Part shown: one piece after another, positions 53,759-64,000 of the stretch
Layout: the number at the start of each line of letters is the position of its first letter
How positions within the stretch are numbered: the stretch's first letter is position 1
Source: Podarcis vaucheri
Lineage: Eukaryota
Reading direction: 5' to 3' (one strand)
Assembly: GCA_965113315.1 (NCBI GenBank)
Contig: OZ220366.1
DNA: 64,000 nucleotides
Translations under genes and position numbers: made by a program
The notes under the pieces: model-generated
Seen by the model: only the letters and a program-made list of their open reading frames with translations
The model's database searches: none
What the model was told of the DNA's origin: nothing

Positions 53759-55590
53759 GTAAGTAATGGAAAACAATTAAAATAATTTTGTAATGATGTT
53801 GATGTGAGTTATTCACAGTATAAGTGCTGGGAAACTATGACTAGGCACAGCTTTCCTAGTAAAAAACTCACATGTAAAATGGTAATGTATTGTCTACACC
53901 TGGGTTTCATATTAATTCATTGGCGTAACTTTTTAATATGTGAAGCTGCTGGAAGAAATTTTGAAGGCAAAGTAAATTGATGAATCAGAGATAATTCATA
54001 TCCATATTCTTCAAGTTAAGAAAATGTGAGCTAGTGCTGGAAGAAGACAAAGTGACTGACAGTTTGTTACAGCTGTTGCTCCAATACTAGTAGATTTCCT
54101 AAAGAACTTCATTAGCAACATGCCAAGCTATCAGGATGACTAGGGTAGGAATTATATTTGTGCACAATTCTCTGGATTTCATGTGTATTACAGATTAGGC
54201 AACTCCTTTTTAATCATAATGAATTTCTTTGGTATTCTGACAGTGCAGTAGTGACAGAATTCACGTGTTCAAAGGCTGCCTGGATAAATTTAATAAATAG
54301 CAACAACAAATAATTCACACTTTTTAGACAAGCCTGAGAACTTTTATTTTGAAGTTAAAGCAGCGTTTTGGAGCTCTGCATTGATTTCCCACCAAATATT
54401 GTCCTCTCACAACTGTTTACAGCACCTTTGGGAGCAAATGGCTGCTGTGGAAGGCAGTAACATTTATAATGGAAATTGGGTATGTTGTTTGGCTCAGAGT
54501 AATAAATGTAAAGAACCTTCAGGCACCGGCTATCTTAGCTGAACTAATCTATAGTAAGAGAATCCAAATTCTCTTCAGGGCATGCATATCGACTTAATAG
54601 AGATGTTTTAATTTTCTGAAAAAATACATGCATCAGGAAGCTTGGGAAGTGGTCTGTGAGGAAAGAACTCTAGGTTAAAGCTAGACAACTGTACTAGTTC
54701 CGTGTGAGCAGGACTTCTGCTTGTTCCCAAAACTGTGGTGCCCCATTTCTCTGCTCATGGAAGTGGTTGCAGGATCGCGAGCAACCACTATTTTTCAATA
54801 AGCTGCTAAAATATAAAGTTAAATAGCCTGGCTTGTTTGGAAGCCATTAACCATAGTTTCCTGCTTCAGTTGTAACAGGAAGCTATAGTTAACTGCAAAT
54901 TTCCTGTCTTGCACAAAGAGAGGAGCAGAGTAGCGACATACAGGTGTATGAGGCTCATTCATACCTCAGCTTATTAAGCCAAGATATGATTGTCAGAAAG
55001 CAGCCACTGAGAAAGTATAGTCCAAAATGTTCTTTCTCCATATCACTTCATTCTTAAATCTACAGTCAATATGGGATGTTAAGAAAAGGATATACAAGAA
55101 GGCAGAAGGCAGAACACGTTTTGGTTTGAGATTTTGTATTACAGCTATAAGAGAATTGGATAAACTTTTAATTAGGCAAGAGTCCAGGAGTACAAGAAAG
55201 CACAAACGAAGGCTCAAATGAGTTTTTAGCCTGCAATCCTATACACGTTTAGTGGGACTTCTGAGCAGACGTATCTAGGATTGTGTTTTATTTATTGGAT
55301 TTTGTATTAGATAAGACCTGCATTAAGAGAACATTCAGTCGCAATAACCGAAATATTGCCCTTGCTTGAAAGTTCAATTATAAAGGTAAAATGCGCTTTT
55401 TAAAAAACAAATAAACCAAAGTAGAATAGTATGGCCTGAAAATCAATGATGTAACAAACTTTCTTAAGCAGGTCTGGGTCAATGTCTGAATAGAAGGTCA
55501 CCTGGGAGCCTTAAATATGCCACCTCAAGTTTCATGGAGGAAAGGCAGAGTATGAGTATAATTAAATTCCTTTCATGTTATGTTTTATAG

Positions 55591-55738
55591 TGTTGGTGAA
55601 AGGACAAGTCACAACCAAGTACTATCGGTTGCTGTCAAAGAACAGTGGCTGGGTTTGGGTCCAGAGCTATGCCACGATTGTACACAACAGCCGCTCATCA
55701 CGACCTCACTGCATAGTGAGTGTTAATTATGTCCTAAC
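55591..55738 (+). CDS. SIM2: SIM2 coding exon 8 (PAS-B/PAC)
   Basis: ttttatag|; (L)[48 protein letters not shown](T); |gtaagt; 148 nt. Confidence 0.98.
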
Positions 55739-56929
55739 GTAAGTCCATATTTCCTACCATTGTATACCACATTCATTTTATTCAGTGTCTCATGTTGATA
55801 ACTTTATCTGATTCTTCCATCCTGATTTCTACTTTGTTACTTTAAAATGTTGATCACCGATATATATATTTTTGTTGTGCTTTATAATACTCTATCAGGT
55901 TTTAGTAAGGTAGACATCATTTCCTGGGGGGGGGGGAGTATTTTGGTATGGCCAACTCACTTCTGGGCTTCAATCTCACAGCTGAAGACTGTGTTCTAGA
56001 CAACCAATCTAAAACTAAAAGAATGACTACATTTCAAATAACATAAAATGACATTATTGAAAACCTTTCTTGAAGTCCGTCTACCAGGGCCACGGATGTT
56101 TTGCTGCCTGACACAAGGTAGAAGAGGGCACATCCCTTTCCATGTACAGAGGTTGCCTGAACTAGAAGTTAAATCTTATTTCAACACTGGCAATTGTACA
56201 GCATCTTTCGCTGCACATCAAGGGAGCAGTCTACCTTAGGAGGCACAATGCAGGCTGCATTGCACACACATAATTCTATTCTGCATCAGAGAGGCACAGC
56301 TGGGGTAGGGATCAGGGGGCGATGCTGCTACTGCCCCCCTGCACTCCAGCATCTGCCACCTGAGATGTCTACTTTGCTCTGCCTAATGGTAGGGCTGGTC
56401 CTGCTCTAATCCTACACTGTGACATATTAATGAACTAAAATGGCATTGGGATAAATGCAGCTCTTTTAGAGAAAATGCAGGTGCAGATCAGCTGATGACA
56501 AAAAAAAACCCAACTCCAGAAAACTAATTAAACAAAAAACAACCTAAGGAGATAACCATTCTTATGACACGGAAGCAGACTATTACTTTAGGATGGAGAA
56601 GGGCAGCCGTTTTTCAAATATATTATTAACTATTTATGGGTTCCAGCTGCACAACTATGAACAAATGACAGGTTGAGAGTGTATATCAAATAACTGCTTA
56701 CATACACAGTATTATAGAGGCAGTTGAATGAAAGCTTTGAAAGTATGAGAGGTGGCCCAGTTACTCCTCTCTGGCAGTGTCTGGAGTTCAAGTGTCCTGA
56801 ATTGAACTCCTAACCTAGCTTCACCACTACCAACCCCTTCCTATCATTTCTTAGTGCATTAAAGATTCAGTTTTAATAGTCCAGTGACTGTGGCATGTCC
56901 GGTATTATTTTTTGAAGCTTTCTTTATGC

Positions 56930-57278
56930 CAGGGTTGGAGAACCTTTTTTCAGTGTGAGGGAAACATACACTCAGGGTTACCTTTACAGGGGTTATGTGC
57001 CAGCAGGGGGCAAGGCTGGAGGCAAAAGTAGATAGAGCAATGGGTGTGATTTTTACCTTGTGTGCACCTGGAATGCAGCCTGCTGTACACGTGTGTATAC
57101 ACGCAGAGTTTCCATCTGGGCATCTGAGAGATACTATCATAGTTCAAGGAACAGTATAGCCAGGCAAGAGCACTCAAGGAGCGTTGGGTGATGCATGGCT
57201 TGCAGAGTCCCAAGGGCCAGCTAGAGAGGCCCAAAGGATCACATTGGCACCTTAGGCCTGAGGTTCTCCCCCCACCCC
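56930..57278. mobile_element. Degenerate hAT-type MITE
   Basis: cagggttggagaacct... to ...gaggttctcccccacccc. Confidence 0.45.
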
Positions 57279-57363
57279 AATTTAAATGCTTGGGGGCACC
57301 TAAGTGAGGAGAAAGACGCAAATGGTCCATTCCTCTATTGCAATGCTGTTGTTGTTTTTTCAG

Positions 57364-57532
57364 AGATATAGAATATAAGGAACTCCCATTATCATTGGAC
57401 CAGGTCACCATTTCTAAATCACAGTTTCCATGCAGAAACTCAGCGTCTACCTCACAAGAAACAAGAAAAGCAACAAAACCTAGAAGTAATAAAATGAAGA
57501 CAAAACTCAGAACAACGCCATATCCACAACAG
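57364..57532 (+). CDS. SIM2: SIM2 coding exon 9 (basic NLS-like segment)
   Basis: ttttttcag|; DIEYKELPLSLDQ...RKATKPRSNKMKTKLRTTPYPQQ; |gtagta; 169 nt. Confidence 0.96.
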
Positions 57533-58902
57533 GTAGTAGTTTTTCCCTCTATCAACGTTTCATGCTAAAAGTGTGTGGCAACCTATCTGCAACAGTAGCT
57601 GTGAATAGTCACTGGAATTTCCTGCAATTCAAAATATCATAAATTCTGTTCCTTTTAATAGCCTGATCCTACAAATTGCTGCTTGGGGTACTGAGTACTG
57701 CAAGTTTAGAGGATCAAGAATATGAACTGTTGCAGCAATACAGCATCACTTGTGGTTGAATTATTTCAACCAATTCAGGGAACTACAGTGGTGCAACAGC
57801 TAGTTGTACAGCAGCATTCACCCTTTTGACAGATGCAACAGTTTGCTTGGAAAGCCACCAAGATCGTACAAAATGGCCAGAAAGGAGATAATACATGACC
57901 AGGTCCAGAAAGGTGCTCAGGGTGAGTGCTAACAATAGATACAAGAACAAGACTAAGGTAGAGTGCAGGGACGAAGAATAAAATAAGGTTGAACTGTCCA
58001 TCCAAAGATCTGCCAGCTTCAGGACTGGTGTAGTTTCCTCCCTAGTTTGGGAGTATATAATTTGGATACTGCATTTCGGAGAGACTTGCAGTCTTCTTTT
58101 CCTGATTGGATTTGGAGCAGAAGCCATCTTTGCCTTGAGGACCACCATACCAGCAATGTGCAAAGTCTTGCTTTTAGGGAATGTTTAAAATGACTGACAG
58201 AAGAGCATTCCCAGCAGTGCTGTGCAAAGCCTTTGTGCCAGTCATTAGGAAACTTCCCTTGGAGCAAGGCTGCTCACATTGCTGGTTAGCTGACCCTCAT
58301 GTCAAAGCTAGCTCTCACCTCTTTCTGAGCAATTTTCTAAGTGTAAGATGGAAAAAAGGGGCAGGCAAATGTTTGAGTGGATAAACTTGTAGGCACTTGG
58401 AAAAAAGTAAATAAGAAATTGGACAGCCTGATTTGAAATACGGAGGTAGGGGTGACCTTGAGCTTTCAATCCAAAGCAACATAAGTGTGTCAGATCAAGA
58501 ACAAGCCAATGGGAAGCAGATGTTCCCACCTCAGTGCAGGGGGGCACGACATCAGGTCCCCCAGACCTCTTTGTGGCCCTCAGAAATCTTGCCAGCTAAA
58601 CGGAATATGTGAAATCATTTTAAACATGTGCAGAATGCCTCCCTCCCTCACCACTGAAGCTATAGCTTGTCCATCACACATAGGATTAAGGAGCAGAGCT
58701 TCCAGAAAAATGCCAGAAAGGCTTGCGCTCCAGTTCCTCTCTTTAGAAATTAAGTGCTGCCAACTTCTCTTAGTTTATATGAACTGGTGTGACTGCAGTT
58801 CAAGGTGGTACTTGGCTGCAGTGCACTCTGTTAGTCTGTTATACTGACAGATTTCAGAGTCAGCTATTAAACACTTTTCTTTCTTTTTATTTGCTTTTTC
58901 AG

Positions 58903-59314
58903 CAATACAGCTCCTTCCAGACAGACAAACTGGAATGTGGCCAGGTTGGAAGCTGGAGATCCAACTCCACAGCAAATTCTGCCACCATCCAAGAACAAGC
59001 CTTCCATTCAGAAAACAGCGAACTTTTATACACCCCATCGTACAGCTTACCTTTCTCTTACCATTATGGACACTTCCCTGTAGACCCTCATGTATTCAGT
59101 AGCAAAAAACAAATGCTGCCTTCTAAATTTGGGCAATCTCAAGGAACACCTTGCGAAGTAGCTCGATTTTTCTTAAGTACTTTGCAGACAAGTGGAGAGT
59201 GCCAGTGGCACTATGCCAATTCTCTTGTTCCAGGAGGCAGTCAGTCACCATCGAAAAGTCCTTCTGATCAGTCAGCAAGCAGTGTACGCCATAATCTCTT
59301 ACAGAGTTATGAAG
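58903..59314 (+). CDS. SIM2: SIM2 coding exon 10
   Basis: tttttcag|; QYSSFQTDKLECGQVGSWR...YTPSYSLPFSYHYGHFP...PCEVARFFLSTL...SYE; G|gtgtgt; 412 nt, phase matches exon 11. Confidence 0.93.
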
Positions 59315-60000
59315 GTGTGTATTAAATGAACAAATCTGAAGCTCTATTATACCCAGGAAAAATTCATACATGTTAAATATTTTTCAAATATTAAACGTGT
59401 GTAGTGGGTAAAGCTATTTTAAACCCTTAACAAAAAGAGGCTGATGAGTTGTTAAGGAAAGGGCTGAAAATAGTTGCAAGTTACACTTACACTTTAATTT
59501 TGCTCCTGAATTGTTCATATTTCTTTCTGAACATAATGCAATAATAATAGTTAAGATGCAAATCTGATTGATAACTAAAATTACCCCAATTCTGTTGCAA
59601 AGAATTTAACAAGAAGCCTAAATTCAGTTTTCTTAGGTCTCCTAGATTTTCTTAAGGTGTATTCATACAACACACTTTTGATTGTGTAGCCCTGCTACTA
59701 CAAGCTTACTGACAATCCTATATATTGTAGACCTCACACTAGAGTTCATGGGGCTACATCAGGGCAGACAACTGGACTACATTGTCCTCACAATATTGTT
59801 GTTTTGTCAGATAATCAGATCTGAAAAGAAAGAGTTTTTGTGGGTACAATACTGATCACAATAGCAACTTTTCTTTAGGGAGCATATTTTGGAGTGTTTC
59901 ACAAGTAGCACAAACAAGCCTAATAAATCAAATGGAAAGCATTTTCATGTATTACATCTGATTATGTTGCCCGTTTATGAAGGTATGTATCCAAAGTGAA

Positions 60001-60366
60001 GGGGACGCGGGTGGCGCTGTGGGTAAAAGCCTCAGCGCCTAGGGCTTGCCGATCGAAAGGTCGGCGGTTCGAATCCCCGCGGTGGGGTGCGCTCCCGCTG
60101 CTCGGTCCCAGCGCCTGCCAACCTAGCAGTTCGAAAGCACCTCCGGGTGCAAGTAGATAAATAGGGACCGCTTACTGGCGGGAAGGTAAACGGCGTTCCG
60201 TGTGCTGCGCTGGCTCGCCAGATGCAGCTTTGTCACGCTGGCCACGTGACCCGGAAGTGTCTCCGGACAGCGCTGGCCCCCGGCCTATAGATGTGAGATG
60301 GGCGCACAAACCCCAGAGTCTGTCAAGACTGGCCCGCTCGGGCAGGGGTACCTTTACCTTTACCTT
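60001..60366 (+). mobile_element. Sauria SINE, full length, young
   Basis: ggggacgcgggtggcgctgtggg head, B box ggttcgaatccc, (ACCTTT)3 tail, perfect 13-bp TSD TATCCAAAGTGAA (59988-60000 / 60367-60379); CpG-rich within AT-rich DNA. Confidence 0.95.
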
Positions 60367-60726
60367 TATCCAAAGTGAAAAAATAAAACTCAAAATTGTT
60401 TACAAAAATTACATTTTTAAATAGTTCCAATAATGCTCCAGTTGTCTCAGAAGGTAAATTAGCTATAATTTAGAGTTTCTAAGAACCTGCTTTAACTCCC
60501 ATCTTGCAATTTGGCATGGAGAAGGAATGGATAAGTTATTCCTTCCCCCCTCCTGATTCTATTTGGAATGCAGCTACTTGCTAGTTTGCACAAAGGCTTT
60601 AAAGCAAGCTCAAAAACAGCATTAAACGAATGTCCCCAATCTAAATAGACTTTACTGTATGTTCAAACTACACTTTGTTGCTTGAACTGCTTTCATTAAA
60701 TAACTTTATTTTTCTTTCTTTCAAAG

Positions 60727-61457
60727 TGCCACTACCAAACAGAAGATATAGCCAAGACAGTACATCTGACAGCTTTGCAAGCTGTGCCACCCTAGCAGCA
60801 AATAGCAGATATAAAGAAGAGAGCTATGATTCCACCATTATAAAGCACAGCAACAAAATGGAAAGCCGAATATATCCAGCACATCATCATCTCATTAAAG
60901 AAGAAAATAAGCTAGTTTTCAATAGAGGTGTACAAGAAAAAAACAACTTAAGTGAAAAGACCTTTTCGAACTCCTTAGCCAACTCTTTTTTGTCAAAATC
61001 TGAATGTTTCCAAACTAAATCTATTGGACAATTAAATCACCTTCTCCCAGTTCCAACAGTATATGAACAAACAAGAAGAATTTGTATGAAAGAACCAAAA
61101 TTTGAGCACATTGCCCATCATGCTGCAAATCTAGGTGAGCTGGAACCTGATGACAGAATGACCGGAAAGTTTGATCATGACTCTGAAAACGATCACACTG
61201 TGGATGTTAGGCATGCAGGGCAAGTTCCATTTGTACTTCTCAACTACCACCGGGTTTTAGCCAAACATGGTACATTTCAAACTTCTTCGTGTACTGCCAC
61301 AGGACATGTAGCAGAGAATTATGGACACAGTTCTGAGGAAGTAAATATGTTTTACAAAAACCAAAGTCCTTCATCAGCCTCTTCCCCTGAGGCTCACAAG
61401 GAGCCTGCACTTCCCCATTATATTGGAACATCTGTAATAATAGCCAATGGAAGGTGA
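60727..61457 (+). CDS. SIM2: SIM2 coding exon 11 (C-terminal, with stop)
   Basis: tttctttcaaag|TG; (V)PLPNRRY...VPFVLLNYHRVLA...PHYIGTSVIIANGR-TGA; 731 nt. Confidence 0.93.
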
Positions 61458-62740
61458 CAGTAATAGAAAGCTGTGGTTTATAAAATAAATAAATAAACTG
61501 GAATAGTTCCCCTAAAGCATGAGGATACATGGTTGCACTTAGTGAGCATGGTTTAAAATCAGTGGGACAAACTTGCATGCATTCTTGGCAAGCCATGTGT
61601 AACAGTACCTTTAAGGTCAAGGGGGAAAAATTACCGGTAGCTTCAGTGCTTTGTTGTTCCAGATTAATCTCTGCAGTTGACTCTGCTAGTAAGAAGCCAT
61701 GTAACAGATCATATTTTTGTTATTTTTACAGTATATAAGTTAAATTATAAGAGTTTATGTGCTGATACATAGAGTGACTTTGTTTTCTTAAAAAATACAA
61801 TCCCTCAATTATTTGAAAATTATAGATCACTTAACAAACAGTCTGGTATGAGACAGTAATTACCAGTTATTTGTGATAGTCTCTGTTTAACTGCCGTCCA
61901 ATGCATTACCTTGGGGAAATGCATTTAGGATTTCAATCCCTGAAATTAAACCATTTTTAAAAAATTCATGTGGCTTGGATATATATTACTCAAGGCAGTA
62001 TAGAATTGCCAGGCTGCATGGCTACTATGCATCTTTAGAAAATGAAAATCTACTTGCCCAATAAGCTTGGAGATTACTACCAAAGAGCTGGTGATTGTTA
62101 CATTGTAGAGGGGGGAAAATCAAATCGTCTATTTGAAAACGAAAGACAAAGGTTTTCACTGTTTCAAATACACTTTCCATTTAGAATATATCCAAAACTG
62201 TATTTGTTGCCAGCCAAAGAGCAGTGAAGTTGCATTCTCTTCATTTTGCTCTGTCAACGAGACTTCAACTCTTTTCTGTTTGGTGGGCTTAGGTTTTTAG
62301 CCCAGCCAGTTTTAGCAACTTTTATGGTTAAGATATGATAAAATACATTCACCAACTGCACTAATGATTAGATGAGAATTCTCAGGCACTTACATTTTAT
62401 TTTGCATTTTTCGTAGAGCACCTAGTATATTCATCTTTGGCTTTGTAATGTTTAATCTGGAAGGTGAGGCAACCCAAGTACCTGCAAAGATTTAATACGA
62501 TAAATATATAGCTCTCCTGTGTTCCAGTTTTCTGTGGGTGCTTTAATAAAATCATAAGCAATAGCACAAAAGGATACACACGCAAAGTTGTTCATGCTAT
62601 CCAGTTAAATGGGGGAAGCTCTTGTGTACATGTGGTGGGTGTGTATACACGTGAAGGTTGTTTTGCACACTAGGAGTTACTAGAATGTGGTTGTCATTTC
62701 AACATAACTAATAAACCATTTATCATCTTACTCTATCACA
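61458..62740 (+). other. SIM2: SIM2 3' UTR (end uncertain) with candidate polyadenylation signals
   Basis: AATAAA at 61484/61488/61492, 62545 and 62710; ATTAAA at 62792. Confidence 0.55.
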
Positions 62741-64000
62741 GAACAGAAGGCACCCTAATATGTAAAAAGCCTATGTATAAAAATGGTTGGCATTAAAGAA
62801 CATTAACACTGGAGTCAGATGTATATTTTAATTTGACTAGTTTTTCTTAGCTTTGCTGAACTCTGAGCTACATCAAAAACTTCTAAAATGTCCTTCAGAC
62901 AAGTGAAGTTTTCATTAGAAGCATGGAAGAACAACTGTGCCCCCAGGAAGCAAATAACAGTTTTGCCGTTGTTTTGAGTATAGACAGAACCAATTTAAGA
63001 ATATTTCTCCAAGAAATAATATATAATTTAACTTGTGCAATATGGAAACAGCTTTGATTGCACCTTTTCAAATCTCAACTAAGTTGAAAGGTAATGACAT
63101 TTTCTTAAACTATTTTTCTGCATTTAGACGCAGCAATACAATCCATTTCCTTGTCTAATTTTATAAGGCTATTTGTTACTGTAAGGAAATAAGCTTTTTA
63201 AAAGTGATCGGTTGTGCTCAGTATTGCCCTAATTAAAGTTAACCATTGTGAGCATGCACATTTTTAAGTAGTGCCAAAGCAGTGTACATTAGAATTCAGA
63301 CTTAACCTGTGCCTTGAGTTGAAGCCAATAGTTCCCAAAGTGTAAAAATACGCTTCTCCCATAGGTGCTAGACACCTTGCCTTCAGCCCATTGTTCACCA
63401 TGACTATTATGTTTCATTTCTAGTGCTTTATGGGGTACTGGGTCATCCTTCTTTCTTGCACATGTTTGTTTGTTTGAATGAATGGCCTTGTTCATCTTGT
63501 GCTTGATCTTTCAGGCTGAGAAAAAAAGTGTGTGCTTCCAGGTGAACTGGCTACCATTCTTTGGTCATAGTTACATTTGGATAAATGCTTAGAGTATTTT
63601 ATGAATTGGAAGGCTCAAAACTGCATTATTTTGAATGGTTTTTAAGATAAAGGGAACTTCACATTTACAGTTTGGGCTCTAGCCTCATCTTTGTAATATT
63701 CACCACACTGCACTAAGAGGTGTCTGACACATCCTTTGCACAGTGCTAATTGTTGTAGAACATATTTCAATACCTTGACTACAAAAAACTGCTGCTTGGT
63801 GGTGTGTCTTCTAAGTGTTAAGAACATGCATAAATTATCTGGGCAACAAACTTGCCAGAGACTTAATTTTATAGTTAAATTGGACTAATGTACTTAACAG
63901 GATGGAAGTGAACTTTCCCCCCTAACAGCCAAACAAAAATATCCTCCCAGATGCCCAAGGTAAATTCTGTGAACGTTGATACCTTTTCTGATGTAATTGA

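Overview
Vertebrate genomic DNA from a squamate reptile, most likely a lacertid lizard (Podarcis-like, inferred from Sauria SINEs, Squam3-type SINEs with (CTT)n tails and a tRNA/CR1 SINE). The window holds the whole coding region of the bHLH-PAS transcription factor gene SIM2 on the + strand. It has 11 coding exons (10457-61457, all GT-AG introns; 2310 nt, 769 aa), a CpG-island promoter with a long leader (~8.9-10.7 kb), a 20.7-kb first intron and a 3' UTR. The first ~31.6 kb is CpG-rich and the rest is AT-rich. Non-coding DNA is packed with SINEs, LINE fragments (CR1, L2, L1, Penelope) and Tc1/mariner- and hAT-type MITEs. Most notable observations: (1) an intact minimal hammerhead ribozyme motif in a Penelope fragment, centred between two ~99% identical inverted SINEs in intron 1; (2) near-identical inverted Sauria SINEs bracketing exons 2-10, which would form a stop-free, in-frame 1404-nt circle; (3) roughly 30 copies of an ~85-bp palindromic mini-element concentrated in the CpG-rich domain, with a CAG|GTAAGT motif in one arm; (4) a three-level nested transposon with telomere-like repeats; (5) an overlapping uORF and a SIM2-short-like read-through. 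All calls were made by eye without database searches.
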